A stretch of DNA of 24,000 nucleotides from Prochlorococcus marinus str. MIT 9211 (GTDB lineage Bacteria > Cyanobacteriota > Cyanobacteriia > PCC-6307 > Cyanobiaceae): the NCBI RefSeq assembly GCF_000018585.1, contig NC_009976.1, forward strand, positions 343,982-367,981. Direction: 5' to 3'. Positions within the stretch are counted from its first letter, which is position 1; every line of letters begins with the position of its first letter. The translations under genes and the position numbers were made by a program. The notes under the pieces were generated by a model that saw nothing but the letters and a program-made list of their open reading frames with translations, made no database searches and was not told the DNA's origin. Shown one piece after another: positions 1 to 12,408 of the stretch.

Positions 1-27
1 CAAGTCCAGGATGGCCCATTCGTTGTT

Positions 28-100
28 GGGGGTATAGCTCAGTTGGTAGAGCGCCTGCTTTGCAAGCAGGATGTCAGCGGTTCGAGTCCGCTTACCTCCA
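28..100 (+). tRNA. tRNA-Ala (anticodon TGC)
   Basis: GGGGGTA...TACCTCCA acceptor stem pairing, anticodon loop CTTTGCAAG, GGTTCGAGTCC T-arm; standard location in the 16S-23S spacer. Confidence 0.97.
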
Positions 101-230
101 CTGATCCACTGCCTGATAACTCAATTTATGGAGATTGATATTTGTTAAATGTGATTTAGACGTTGTTCAACTGATTGAACCTAGCTTCCTATTACCCTTT
201 TTTATAAAGGCTGGTAAGACGCTGGGCTCA

Positions 231-251
231 CTGTCCTTCTAAAGGACAGTT
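231..251 (+). promoter_or_regulatory. 16S-23S spacer hairpin, boxB/boxA-like antitermination or processing element
   Basis: Perfect 9-bp inverted repeat ACTGTCCTT-cta-AAGGACAGT, followed by GAACCTTGACAACTGCAT, which resembles the conserved cyanobacterial ITS boxA region. Confidence 0.4.
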
Positions 252-459
252 AAGTTCAGTAGAACCTTGACAACTGCATATGTGAGTCTGGAAAGAATTA
301 AAGCATCTAAATAGATCCATAAATTCTATTGATTCTATTAATTGAATTTATGTTCAATTCTAATAATTAAGAGCCGAGAAATTTATTTGTTTATTACTTC
401 TATAGATGGAAAATATTCATTTATAAAAGTCTAATAACCATCAAATAAATTAACTAAAT

Positions 460-3334
<2,875 letters not shown>

Positions 3335-3414
3335 CACTTCAGCTCTTAATTTATTAAAAGCTTTACTTATTCCAGACAATATGCAGTTCTCAAGGTTCAA
3401 CCTTGAAAATGTTT

Positions 3415-3532
3415 TCCTGGTGTTCATGGCGATGTGGAACCACTCCGATCCATCTCGAACTCGGTTGTGAAACGCATCAGCGGCGACGATATTTGGGGGG
3501 TAGCCCCCTGAGAAAATAGCTCAATGCCAGGT
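3415..3532 (+). rRNA. rrf: 5S ribosomal RNA
   Basis: TCCTGGTGTTCATGGCGATGTGGAACCACTCCGATCCATCTCGAACTCGG...CAATGCCAGG; terminal helix TCCTGG/CCAGG; located just after 23S. Confidence 0.93.
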
Positions 3533-3605
3533 AAAACATTTTTCCAAATATTTTTGAAAAAGTTAAATAAGATTTTCCTCCTAAATTCATTATTTGAATA
3601 ACTAG

Positions 3606-4466
3606 CTAGTTTTGACAGTTCGGACACCAATGAGTGCTTCTGCCAGCTACCTTAGTTTTTTCGATTAATGTTCCACATTTTCTGCAAGGCTTTTGATTAC
3701 GTCGATAGACCCAGGCATAACCACCATAAGTACCATTAAGCCCTTCTAGGTCTCTAAAGTCTGAGAAAGTTGTTCCACCTTTCCCAATGCTAGCTTTTAG
3801 AATTCTAGTAAGGCTTTTGCAAAGCTTTTTCAGCTCACAACCATTGAGGTCACCAGATGCTTTTATAGGGGTTATTCCTGCTTCGAAAAGGCTTTCATCT
3901 GCATATATGTTTCCTACTCCTGCAAGTATAGATTGATCTAATAGGGATGATTTAATAGACCTCTTCCTTCCTTTTAAGCAATATTTTAGATACTCGGGGT
4001 TGAAATCTTTGCTGAATGGCTCTGGTCCTAAATTTTTTAATCCGTTGATAACTTCGCTTGGAAGCTTGTTAGGAGGTATCCACCACATTTGCCCAAAATT
4101 TCGAATATCTATAAAGCGGATTTCGGAACCTTTTTTATTCCAAAAACGAACTCTTGTATGAGTGCAAGGAGCCTTGGTATTTTGATGCCATTCGAAATAT
4201 CCTGTCATTCTTAAATGGACTACTAGTGTGCCTGAAGGGATCTCTTCAATGAGATCACTTTCTTTGCATAGAGAAGCTATTAAGTACTTTCCTCTTCTGC
4301 TCCATCTGCCAAAAACTAGATCTTTTAAATTAAATATAAACACATTGCTACCACCATTACTGGCAATAGATCTCTCTGATAAAACTTCAACATTATCTAT
4401 ATAAAAATTCTTCAGCCGCTTCTCTAAGCCTTTGCGGACTGTCTCTACTTCAGGGAGCTCAGGCAA
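3606..4466 (-). CDS. mutM: Formamidopyrimidine-DNA glycosylase (Fpg/MutM)
   Basis: 286 aa starting MPELPEVETVRKGL; C-terminal zinc finger CRKCGTLIEKTKVAGRSTHWCPNCQ; VGNIYADESLF motif. Confidence 0.96.
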   Translation of the reverse strand: MPELPEVETVRKGLEKRLKNFYIDNVEVLSERSIASNGGSNVFIFNLKDLVFGRWSRRGKYLIASLCKESDLIEEIPSGTLVVHLRMTGYFEWHQNTKAPCTHTRVRFWNKKGSEIRFIDIRNFGQMWWIPPNKLPSEVINGLKNLGPEPFSKDFNPEYLKYCLKGRKRSIKSSLLDQSILAGVGNIYADESLFEAGITPIKASGDLNGCELKKLCKSLTRILKASIGKGGTTFSDFRDLEGLNGTYGGYAWVYRRNQKPCRKCGTLIEKTKVAGRSTHWCPNCQN

Positions 4467-4471
4467 TAACT

Positions 4472-4681
4472 TTAAACAGCCTCAAGCTCATTTTCGGCGA
4501 AGTTATTAGTGTTGTTACCACCATCTACTCCGCTATAGGCTGCGTAATTAACTTTTTCAAAACGAACTACAACAGGATATTTGATCCCTGAAGTGTCTAC
4601 TGAAGCCACTTTGCCGACTTCGTTATACCAATAGGATTCAGGGCGTTTAACCCTTACTTTGTCACCTCTGGAAATAGCCAT
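4472..4681 (-). CDS. psaE: Photosystem I reaction center subunit IV (PsaE)
   Basis: 69 aa [29 protein letters not shown]...[17 protein letters not shown], a recognisable PsaE SH3-like fold sequence. Confidence 0.97.
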   Translation of the reverse strand: MAISRGDKVRVKRPESYWYNEVGKVASVDTSGIKYPVVVRFEKVNYAAYSGVDGGNNTNNFAENELEAV

Positions 4682-4805
4682 CTCTACTTGTAAATCACTT
4701 CATTAATACATTATCAAGCCGGAAGTAAAATTTTGCTGGAGCGTCACAGAATGTCGCCCCAGGAGCTTGAGAGTGTGTCAGCATTATTTTGAATTCTATT
4801 TTTTA

Positions 4806-5834
4806 GTGAAACTAGATACTTCAATTCTTCAATTGGATTTGCCGGATCCTGAAAGCGACGATCTTAGTAGTATTGAGTTTCTCGATCGTTTAGAAAAAGC
4901 ATGGTCTATATGTGAACGTTTTGATTTGCAAACAGAGATATGGAGAGGAAGAATTTTAAGAGTTGTTAGAGACAGGGAAAAAAAAGGAGGTGAAGGGAGA
5001 GGTGCAGGCTTTTTGCAATGGTTGCGAGAGATGGAGATAAGCAAAACAAGGGCATACGCACTTATTCAACTTGCAGAATCTGCAGATGATCTTGTAGGAG
5101 CAGGAATGCTTGAAGATGAAAGTGTTAATAATTTTTCTAGAAGAGCTTTTATTGAAACTGCTCAGTCAGCTCCAGAAGTAAAGCAAATGATTGCTGAATC
5201 TGCCAATGAAGGTAATGCTATTACGCGAAGGCAGGTTAGAAGACTTTCGGATGAGTTCACATCAGCTACAAGCCCGCTTCTTCCTGACGTTATACGAGAA
5301 AAGACGCAGGCAAATTTACTGCCCCCTAGAGTTGTTGCCCCATTGGTAAAGGAACTTTCTCAATTGCCTGAAATACAACAGGAAGATCTTCGCAAGGTTT
5401 TACAGGAAGACTCTGATTTGGAATCTATTAAGGGTGTTACTACTGTTGCGAGGTATATGAGAAAGGCTATTGATGCATCTTTTGCCTTAAGAGCTTTTCA
5501 ACGGGAAGACCTAGATCTTGAAAAAGCTACTCAGGAAGCTCAAAGACTCCAGTTGTTAGGCACATTAACTGATGCTTTTGTGCAGGCTAAAACTATTGAG
5601 GCATCTGTACTAAGGATGCATACAGCGTGGAGAAAGCTGGGAGAATTGTATGAAAAATTGTGGATAGATAGTGGCAGCAGTACACCTCATCTGAGGGCAG
5701 CTTTAGATACTTTACAAACACTTAGTGGAGCTCGAATAAAGGTTTCTTTAGGTGAGTTGTCGGGAGGTAAAAAAGTTAGATTGCAAATAGTCGAAGAATC
5801 TCCAGATCATATAGAACCTCCAATAATTAGCTAG
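4806..5834 (+). CDS. Conserved hypothetical protein, probably picocyanobacterial
   Basis: Long ORF (track 4767-5834 with TTG start; GTG at 4806 is a plausible alternative start). Coding-like composition, HTH-like segment ISKTRAYALIQLAE. Start uncertain. Confidence 0.75.
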   Translation: MKLDTSILQLDLPDPESDDLSSIEFLDRLEKAWSICERFDLQTEIWRGRILRVVRDREKKGGEGRGAGFLQWLREMEISKTRAYALIQLAESADDLVGAGMLEDESVNNFSRRAFIETAQSAPEVKQMIAESANEGNAITRRQVRRLSDEFTSATSPLLPDVIREKTQANLLPPRVVAPLVKELSQLPEIQQEDLRKVLQEDSDLESIKGVTTVARYMRKAIDASFALRAFQREDLDLEKATQEAQRLQLLGTLTDAFVQAKTIEASVLRMHTAWRKLGELYEKLWIDSGSSTPHLRAALDTLQTLSGARIKVSLGELSGGKKVRLQIVEESPDHIEPPIIS

Positions 5835-5873
5835 ACTAAATAGTGTTTCTTTAAATCCTTAATTTCAGTTTGG

Positions 5874-6737
5874 CTACCTACAAAGATCATCTAATAAGTT
5901 AAATTCAAACCCTTTACTAGGAGCTATCCAATCTTTCCACTTATTGCCTTTCCCAGTAGAGTTTAGCTTATGTGATGGACAATTAACGGCAATAAATAAA
6001 GGATTACCTTGCATGTTTAATGCAGGGGCAACATAGCTTCCATCCATTTGTTTCCAACTAGACCATTTTACTTTGAGATGGCCATAATCACGCCACTTAA
6101 CCTCATTAAAACTCTTTGCTTCTGTAGAGTTTTTTCTGAAGAATGAATTACTAGAACTAGCACGGTCTTTTTTGCTAACGAGATAAAGCTTAGAACCAGG
6201 TTGAATAACATTTGGGTTGTAGATATTATTATTGCTAATCAAGTCTTTAATCGGAATATTGTAAGCCTTGGATATCATCCCCAAGCTTTCTCCCTTTGAA
6301 ATAACATGGTAAGCCTTATAACTTTTCTTCTTATTGGAATTAGAGGTTCTTTGGCCCAATGCGCCCTGAGGCATTATCAGCTTTTGTCCTATATATAGGT
6401 AATTAGGATTATTAATGCGATTTAATCTTATAATATCTTCTCCTTTCACGTTGTAGTTTGATGCTATCTCTTCAATACTTTCTCCACTTTTAACAATATG
6501 AGAAATATCACTTGCAATTAGAGAACTTTTTGCATTCTCTGGGAGTTTTATTCTTTGACCAACTTGTAAAGCATCTGCATCATAAATTTGATTGAGATCC
6601 ATTATTGATCTAATTGAGACTTCATATAGGCTTGCAATCTTTGATAAAGTGTCTCCTGGATTGACGGTAACTGATTGTGCAAAGGAAGGTATCGGTGTTA
6701 AATAGAAAAGTGTTAACAGAGCAATTAATTTTTGCAT
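5874..6737 (-). CDS. LysM-repeat secreted protein
   Basis: Signal-like N-terminus MQKLIALLTLFYLTPIPSFAQ, then three LysM units (VNPGDTLSKIASLY, VKSGESIEEIASNY, ISKGESLGMISKAY). Confidence 0.88.
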   Translation of the reverse strand: MQKLIALLTLFYLTPIPSFAQSVTVNPGDTLSKIASLYEVSIRSIMDLNQIYDADALQVGQRIKLPENAKSSLIASDISHIVKSGESIEEIASNYNVKGEDIIRLNRINNPNYLYIGQKLIMPQGALGQRTSNSNKKKSYKAYHVISKGESLGMISKAYNIPIKDLISNNNIYNPNVIQPGSKLYLVSKKDRASSSNSFFRKNSTEAKSFNEVKWRDYGHLKVKWSSWKQMDGSYVAPALNMQGNPLFIAVNCPSHKLNSTGKGNKWKDWIAPSKGFEFNLLDDLCR

Positions 6738-6826
6738 ACTCTTAGGGTATTTATATGAAAGATAATGCTCTTTTGAAGATTGGCAAACGTAGTATATGCA
6801 TCTTTAAAATCTATCCATTAACTTAG

Positions 6827-8206
6827 TCACCTGAAGAGCTTTTTAAACAAGGAAATATCAATCTTGTATGGAGGGTATCGGAATTGAATGTCTAGCCAAA
6901 ATGGTCGTTCAAGGATTGATTTTTGATGAGAAAAATTATCGAATCCTGCTTTTCCATGATATCTACCCATTCCGCTATTCCCTACGCCACCAAATGGGAG
7001 TTCAGGGATCGCAGCCTGCATCACTACATCGTTAAAACAAACTCCTCCAGAGCTAGATTTATCCAATAGTGTTTTTTGCTGTTCACCTGAACCGCCAAAC
7101 ATATAAATAGCAAGCGGCTTGGGTTGCTTCCTTATTTCAGAAATTGCAAAATCTAGATTTGGAATACTTAAAATAGGTAGTATTGGTCCAAATAATTCCT
7201 CTTCGATTAAAGGATCATTAATTGAATCTAGCTCAATTAATGTTGGGCTAATTCTCTTGTTCTTATTGTCAACATCTCCACCAAACAGTATTTGGTTCTT
7301 AGTTTTTATTTGATTTAATAGATCAATTAGTCTATTGAATTGATTGCTATTTATTATTTTACCTAAATCAGGAGAGTCCAATGGATTTTCCCCGTAAAAT
7401 TCAATAATAGATTTGCACATACATTCAACTAAATCATCTTTTATACCCTCTTCGACCAGAAGATGATTAGGAGCCAGGCAAGTTTGACCAGAATTAATGG
7501 ATTTTCCCCATACAAGTCTTTTCGCTGTTGTCTTCAGATCTGAGCCTTTGAGAACTATTGCAGGATTCTTCCCGCCAAGTTCAAGTGTTACTGGTGTCAA
7601 ATGTTTTGCCGCAGCTTCCATAATCTTTGCGCCAGTTTTGCTTCCCCCTGTAAAAAAAATATGATCAAATTTATTATTCATCAATTGTTTGGAAAATTCT
7701 GAATCTCCTTCTAATACTCTCACTATATCTTTTGGAAAATGCTTGCTAATCAGTCTTGCTATTAAATTAGAAGTCGAGGGAGCAAACTCTGAAGGCTTAA
7801 GAACAGCTGTGTTGCCTGCAGCCAATGCTGATATTAATGGTTGAAGAGTAAGCATAAAAGGATAGTTCCATGCACCAATAATCAATACGCAACCCAGTGG
7901 CTCATTTTGAAGTTTTGCTTTCCCGGGCTTCAGAAATAGCGGCACATTTACTAATTTTGGACGCATCCAGTCAGTTAGGTTTTTCTGGGCAACTTTTAAT
8001 TCTTGCTTTAACGATATAATTTCAAAGAGACCTTCCGTAGGTGGCTTGCCAAGGTCAGTAGCTAATGATGAGAGGATTTCACTTTCATGCTCTTCAGTAA
8101 TTGCTGTTAATCTTTTGAGCTGAATTCTTCGCCAGTTCTCTGATCTTGTCAGGCCAGAGATAACTGGCTCAAGCATTTCATTGACATCGAGGCTTTTATT
8201 AGACAA
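6827..8206 (-). CDS. Aldehyde dehydrogenase family protein
   Basis: 459 aa with GSKTGAKIM, VTLELGGKNPAIV, NSGQTCLAPN and PFGGVGNSGMGRYHGKAGFDNFSH motifs. Confidence 0.93.
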   Translation of the reverse strand: MSNKSLDVNEMLEPVISGLTRSENWRRIQLKRLTAITEEHESEILSSLATDLGKPPTEGLFEIISLKQELKVAQKNLTDWMRPKLVNVPLFLKPGKAKLQNEPLGCVLIIGAWNYPFMLTLQPLISALAAGNTAVLKPSEFAPSTSNLIARLISKHFPKDIVRVLEGDSEFSKQLMNNKFDHIFFTGGSKTGAKIMEAAAKHLTPVTLELGGKNPAIVLKGSDLKTTAKRLVWGKSINSGQTCLAPNHLLVEEGIKDDLVECMCKSIIEFYGENPLDSPDLGKIINSNQFNRLIDLLNQIKTKNQILFGGDVDNKNKRISPTLIELDSINDPLIEEELFGPILPILSIPNLDFAISEIRKQPKPLAIYMFGGSGEQQKTLLDKSSSGGVCFNDVVMQAAIPELPFGGVGNSGMGRYHGKAGFDNFSHQKSILERPFWLDIQFRYPPYKIDISLFKKLFR

Positions 8207-8313
8207 TGGTTTTCCGATTTGTTTTAAAGAGTCTAGTAAAAGCTATTCGATTCATTGCATTATTTAAATCCTTTAACAAAAATGATCAAGATTAATCTCG
8301 TTATTAAGTTCTA

Positions 8314-9054
8314 ATGAAAGAGATGCTTAGGAATAAATCTATTTATCAATACCTATTGCTAATATCTGTAGTATTATTATTGATTTATAGCCATTATCTT
8401 TTTGATGAAGGGTTCATTAATAATTTTATTCAAGACAGTCACGTCAAGTTTGCTAATGCTGGAATTCTTACTGCATTATTAATATTCTTTTTGAGGTTTA
8501 TCAGTATTGTAATTCCAATATTGCCTGGGACATACTGTTCTATTCTGGCAGGGTATTTTTATGGAATTGAGACAGGCTTATCGCTTATATTTGCAGCTGA
8601 TTTTATTTCATGTGCGACTTCTTTCTTGATCTCGAGAAAGCTAGGCAGGGGTGTCGTAAGAACAATTTTGGGATCGAATCAAATGAAAAGAGTGGAGTCA
8701 ATAAGTCAGAAATATTTAGAGAAGAACTTCTTTTTAATGACTGGTTTATTGATGACGCAATTCTTTGACTTTGTTTGTTATGCGATAGGTCTAACAAAGG
8801 TAAAATGGAGTAAATTCTTCCCAGCCCTAATTATAAGTATAATTATATCAGATGCTCCTTTTGTTTCAGGTGGGTCTGCGCTTAAGAATATAGGGATTGT
8901 AAGTCTAAGTGAATTATTAAATGGTGATGTTCAGGTACTTAAAGGGCCGGAATTGACAATCTTTATAGGTTCCGTTGCCGCTATATTTTCTCTTGGTGTT
9001 TTGAGTAATTTTCTCAATAAAGATGCTAATTTCCATCAAAAGGATGAACCTTAA
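8314..9054 (+). CDS. TVP38/TMEM64 (SNARE-associated Golgi-like) family membrane protein
   Basis: 246 aa, multiple hydrophobic segments, central FLRFISIVIPILPGTYCSILAGYFYG...ATSFLISRKLGR motif region. Confidence 0.75.
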   Translation: MKEMLRNKSIYQYLLLISVVLLLIYSHYLFDEGFINNFIQDSHVKFANAGILTALLIFFLRFISIVIPILPGTYCSILAGYFYGIETGLSLIFAADFISCATSFLISRKLGRGVVRTILGSNQMKRVESISQKYLEKNFFLMTGLLMTQFFDFVCYAIGLTKVKWSKFFPALIISIIISDAPFVSGGSALKNIGIVSLSELLNGDVQVLKGPELTIFIGSVAAIFSLGVLSNFLNKDANFHQKDEP

Positions 9055-9149
9055 AAGGTTGGCAAATGGTTTTGCATACTTTTTTACAGAATAACCTTTT
9101 ATTTAATTATAAGTTTAAATTTCAGAGTCCATAAGATTTTCTGTCTTAC

Positions 9150-9551
9150 TTAATCAAAGCCTGTAAATAACTCTTTATGAACGGCAAGATAATCATATAG
9201 AGCTGTCCTCGATTCTGGTGATAATGGCGTACCATCAATATTCCTGGTTGCACTACATATAAGGTCCCCATCCCATTTTACATTGTGTTCACTAATGGAT
9301 TGCGACCATTGCCGAACTGCTTTAAAATGGTCTGGCATGTACTCTCCAATCTTTCTGCATACCTCACAAATAATTGATAATGCAGGTGGTTTTGAGCTCA
9401 TTCTGAGATCTTTTACAATCATTGGTTGTGAGAAAACACCTGTATATCTTATGTAATCAATTAATTCGTACTCTTTATCTGATAGACCTGCCAGTTCCAT
9501 TGCCTTAATAAACTCTTTTAAAGGAGTGATAGGCCTAAGAATAGTTTTCAA
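9150..9551 (-). CDS. Conserved hypothetical protein
   Basis: 133-aa ORF with balanced composition; no assignable domain by eye. Confidence 0.7.
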   Translation of the reverse strand: MKTILRPITPLKEFIKAMELAGLSDKEYELIDYIRYTGVFSQPMIVKDLRMSSKPPALSIICEVCRKIGEYMPDHFKAVRQWSQSISEHNVKWDGDLICSATRNIDGTPLSPESRTALYDYLAVHKELFTGFD

Positions 9552-9661
9552 TGTAAGAGATTAATTTTTAATGAATTACTTTGATATTATCAGGGACTGC
9601 AGTTATATACTTAGAAAACTATTTTAAATAGCTGACAAGCAAGATTGATTAGTTATTGTGA

Positions 9662-9937
9662 ATGAGACGATCTTTTACTTTGCATAAGCTCAATCTGCTT
9701 TTGACAATGATTCTTGTTCCAGCTTCATCGGTGTTATTTAGCTGTGCAAGAGAACCACATAAAGGTGCTACGCCTGCTCTCTTTAATACTAAAGCCGAAG
9801 CTGAAAAAGCTGCTAAGGCTTTCAATTGCAGTGGAGCCCATAAAATGGGTGAGAAGTGGATGCCTTGCAAGAGTCATAAAACCCATCAAGGGGATACGAA
9901 GCATAGTGGTAATGGGATTAATCATCACAACCATTAG
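9662..9937 (+). CDS. Small exported protein with DUF3721-like domain
   Basis: Hydrophobic N-terminus ending VLFSC, then NTKAEAEKAAKAFNCSGAHKMGEKWMPCKSH, typical of DUF3721-like picocyanobacterial proteins. Confidence 0.75.
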   Translation: MRRSFTLHKLNLLLTMILVPASSVLFSCAREPHKGATPALFNTKAEAEKAAKAFNCSGAHKMGEKWMPCKSHKTHQGDTKHSGNGINHHNH

Positions 9938-9955
9938 ACCATTGGTACATTATTC

Positions 9956-10387
9956 ATGACTAATCCAATCCAGCCTGAATTAGATAGTCCTACCCATTGC
10001 GGCAGCAAACCCAAAAAAATTGCAATTGGTATAGCTCCATTAGGTTTTGTTTCCATTGGGATTGTGCCGATGGGAATTGTAACTATAGGAATAGTTCCAA
10101 TGGGGGTTGTATCTCTTGGAGTAGTAGCGATGGGAGTCATTAACGCTTCAATAGTAGGAATGGGAGTTCTCTCTGCTGGTATAACAACTATGGGCCTCAA
10201 GGTATGGAGCCCAGAAGGACAATTTGTTCGTCAAAATCTTGAGAGTTCAGAGTCTGCTTTAAACAATATTTATGCCTACCCAACAAAATCAAAGGCTGAA
10301 GAAGAGGCTAAAAAAATGGGTTGTTTAGGCGTTCACAAGATGGGTAGTCTATGGATGCCATGCTCAACTCATGGAAATATTAAATGA
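9956..10387 (+). CDS. Decapeptide-repeat protein with C-terminal DUF3721-like domain
   Basis: 143 aa; about six consecutive 10-aa units (IGIVPMGIVT, IGIVPMGVVS, LGVVAMGVIN and similar), then TKSKAEEEAKKMGCLGVHKMGSLWMPC. Confidence 0.75.
   Translation: MTNPIQPELDSPTHCGSKPKKIAIGIAPLGFVSIGIVPMGIVTIGIVPMGVVSLGVVAMGVINASIVGMGVLSAGITTMGLKVWSPEGQFVRQNLESSESALNNIYAYPTKSKAEEEAKKMGCLGVHKMGSLWMPCSTHGNIK
10025..10204 (+). repeat. Imperfect 30-bp-period in-frame tandem repeat encoding decapeptides
   Basis: Six decamers within ORF 9956-10387: IGIAPLGFVS / IGIVPMGIVT / IGIVPMGVVS / LGVVAMGVIN / ASIVGMGVLS / AGITTMGLKV. Confidence 0.75.
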
Positions 10388-10580
10388 CTTTTTATGATGG
10401 ATATTTTGATGAATAGCTTTCAATTCTTTATCTAAATATTGTCAAAGCTTTTAAACGCTGATCGAAGTGAAGGTATTTACTATCTAGTTGCTTTTGCTCC
10501 CCTCTAATTAGGACTTTCTTTACTTTTTATTCGCTAAAATATTTATTTAGATTGATAAATGATGTTACTTTGAAAACTCT

Positions 10581-11210
10581 TTAATATACTAGAGCTACGC
10601 AAGAGAAAGCAACTCCTATCCCAATTAATATTCCAGCATTTAATATTTTCCCATTTTCTCCGATCAAACTAATGACTCTTTGAGATACTCCTGTAACTAT
10701 TAGCAGTAGAGCGCCTTGGGCGATAAGCAGTCCTAAAAAATAGCTGATTAAAGGCGTAGGTTCGGCTCCAATGATTGTGCTCCCAAGTAAGTAGCCGTGC
10801 AAGGAGAACATAGGCAGGAGCCATTGTGAACTGAGATATTTGAGAATAATTAAGCCTTCTATAGCTAAGGATAATGAGACAAGTGCTTCAGCCCAAGGTT
10901 CTAGTAAATCAGGTAAAGGGAGCACTTGTGAGAATGCGCTTCCACCTAGACCAACAGCAATTAGGTTTAAACACCATTTCTTAGGTTTTCGTAAGCCAAC
11001 AAAGGCAATTGCCAACATAAAAATTAAGTGATCAGGTCCAAGTAATGGATGTCCAATTCCACTTAACAATCCTTGCAATGTTGATAATTGAGAGGTGCCT
11101 CCCATTTCAAAAGGGTGATGAGCAAAAGCTGATTTGTTGTGACCAAGCAAGAGTAATAAAAGGAATATTCCTGATGATGCCAAAGTTTTTCGTATCAGGT
11201 GTAGCCGCAT
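10581..11210 (-). CDS. HupE/UreJ family protein (putative nickel/cobalt permease)
   Basis: 209 aa with N-terminal signal, AHHPFEMGG, and GIGHPLLGPDHLIFMLAIAFVGL motif. Confidence 0.85.
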   Translation of the reverse strand: MRLHLIRKTLASSGIFLLLLLLGHNKSAFAHHPFEMGGTSQLSTLQGLLSGIGHPLLGPDHLIFMLAIAFVGLRKPKKWCLNLIAVGLGGSAFSQVLPLPDLLEPWAEALVSLSLAIEGLIILKYLSSQWLLPMFSLHGYLLGSTIIGAEPTPLISYFLGLLIAQGALLLIVTGVSQRVISLIGENGKILNAGILIGIGVAFSCVALVY

Positions 11211-11475
11211 GAATTGATCCTCTTTGTATTGTAATTAGGCCGATTGCAGACCAAGATTGATAATCTCGATACTTCTCAGTTTACTGATAGCAGCAGATTC
11301 TATCCGGACTTCCTTTTGCATTAATGCATGATCTGCATTGGGGCCTCATTTCTTTTTCAATATAATTACTTTTGGCCGAATAAAACAAGAATGTTTTATA
11401 GCGGACTTTTTTTTACCTTTCTTATTCCAAACCGGCTGGTGAATATCTTAATCTCAGGGAACAACATACTGATGA

Positions 11476-11850
11476 ATGCGTAGCGGCAGCATGAAGGACG
11501 AAGCAATCTCTTTTAAGGATCTAAGCAAAGCGCAATTGGATGCTCTTAAGGATCTCTATATTGATAGTCGTGTGGACTCAATGCCTGAGATTGAGCTCAG
11601 AAAGTTTGTAAAAGAAGTGCTTGATCTTCAAGTGAGAGGTACTGTTGGGAATGAGGAAGAAAGAGAAGTTTGGAAAGAAATGAAAGATCACTTTGAGGAA
11701 AACTTTGAGGAAAAAATCAAAGCAGTCATCAAAGATAAGGGATCAGAAGAAGTAGTCCTGCCTCCGGAGGAAGAAGAATTCAAAAAGAGACTTGAAGTAT
11801 TGGAGCAACGAAAGAAAGAAGACAGTGAGAAGAATGTTGATATGTGGTAA
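11476..11850 (+). CDS. Acidic/charged hypothetical protein, partly duplicated at 15074-15293
   Basis: 124-aa ORF (internal ATG start also possible) with ELRKFVKEVLDLQVRGTVGNEEEREVWKEMKDHFEENFEEKI; C-terminal 74 aa nearly match the ORF at 15060-15293. Confidence 0.7.
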   Translation: MRSGSMKDEAISFKDLSKAQLDALKDLYIDSRVDSMPEIELRKFVKEVLDLQVRGTVGNEEEREVWKEMKDHFEENFEEKIKAVIKDKGSEEVVLPPEEEEFKKRLEVLEQRKKEDSEKNVDMW

Positions 11851-11886
11851 GACCTTCCTACTGTGTGAATACATTTGAAAAATTAA

Positions 11887-12135
11887 TCACCCTCTATACC
11901 CCAGTGGGAATCAGTAGTAGAGCGTTATAGAACTGATTATTTTTATGAGAGTTATGAGTATGAGTATTCGAAAGGGAATAAAAGTTATGAGTGGAGCGAT
12001 CAATGTTTTCATAATCAGGAAGAATTATTAGAGTTCTTGGGATATGAAATGATAGAAGATTTAAATGCTGATGCTGTCTATGCCAGAAGAATAAAGAGCT
12101 TTACTGATGAGGATAAAAAAAGTTTATTGACTTAA
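11887..12135 (+). pseudogene. Possible gene remnant lacking a start codon
   Basis: 82-codon open frame between stops: ...YRTDYFYESYEYEYSKGNKSYEWSDQCFHNQEELLEFLGYEMIEDLNADAVYARRIKSFTDEDKKSLLT*; protein-like composition but no usable start before the YESYEYEYS segment. Confidence 0.3.
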
Positions 12136-12408
12136 GTAAGAATGGATATCAAATCAAAGTGATTGGGATTTGATTTTGTATAAAGCCAATGTTCACTTTT
12201 CATTAGCCAGTTGAAAGCCCTATGAAAATAGTCTCAATAAAAGATTTTTAAAAATATATTGAATTATAGTTTAAGAATAACCTTTACTTTTATAGATATA
12301 TCTTTAATAAATATCCAGTTGTTGAAAAGGATAGCCATGTAAAGGCGGTGATTGATAGTACAAAGAATACTATTTGATCTATAGCTTGCATCTTATTCAT
12401 AACTCTAT

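Noticed and set aside
3390-3406. Short palindrome TCAAGGTTCAACCTTGA in the 23S-5S spacer
   Set aside because: Likely an ordinary rRNA spacer processing structure; arms of 8 bp with a 1-nt centre are not a clear terminator.
4829-5044. Minus-strand ORF 4829-5044 and similar shadows (7119-7313, 8603-8797, 10840-11031, 12374-12577, 12763-12969, 15032-15226, 16127-16327, 18051-18248, 19629-19859, 21992-22285)
   Set aside because: Each is opposite a stronger coding frame and lacks recognisable motifs.
9934-10200. Minus-strand ORF MRPIVVIPAERTPIPTIEALMTPIATT...
   Set aside because: Antisense shadow of the decapeptide-repeat gene; its low-complexity TPIP/TIPI pattern follows from the 30-bp periodicity. 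The plus frame has the conserved DUF3721-like tail.
10581-11210. HupE/UreJ gene as part of a hydrogenase or urease cluster
   Set aside because: No hydrogenase or urease genes are adjacent in this window; it is treated as a stand-alone putative Ni/Co permease.
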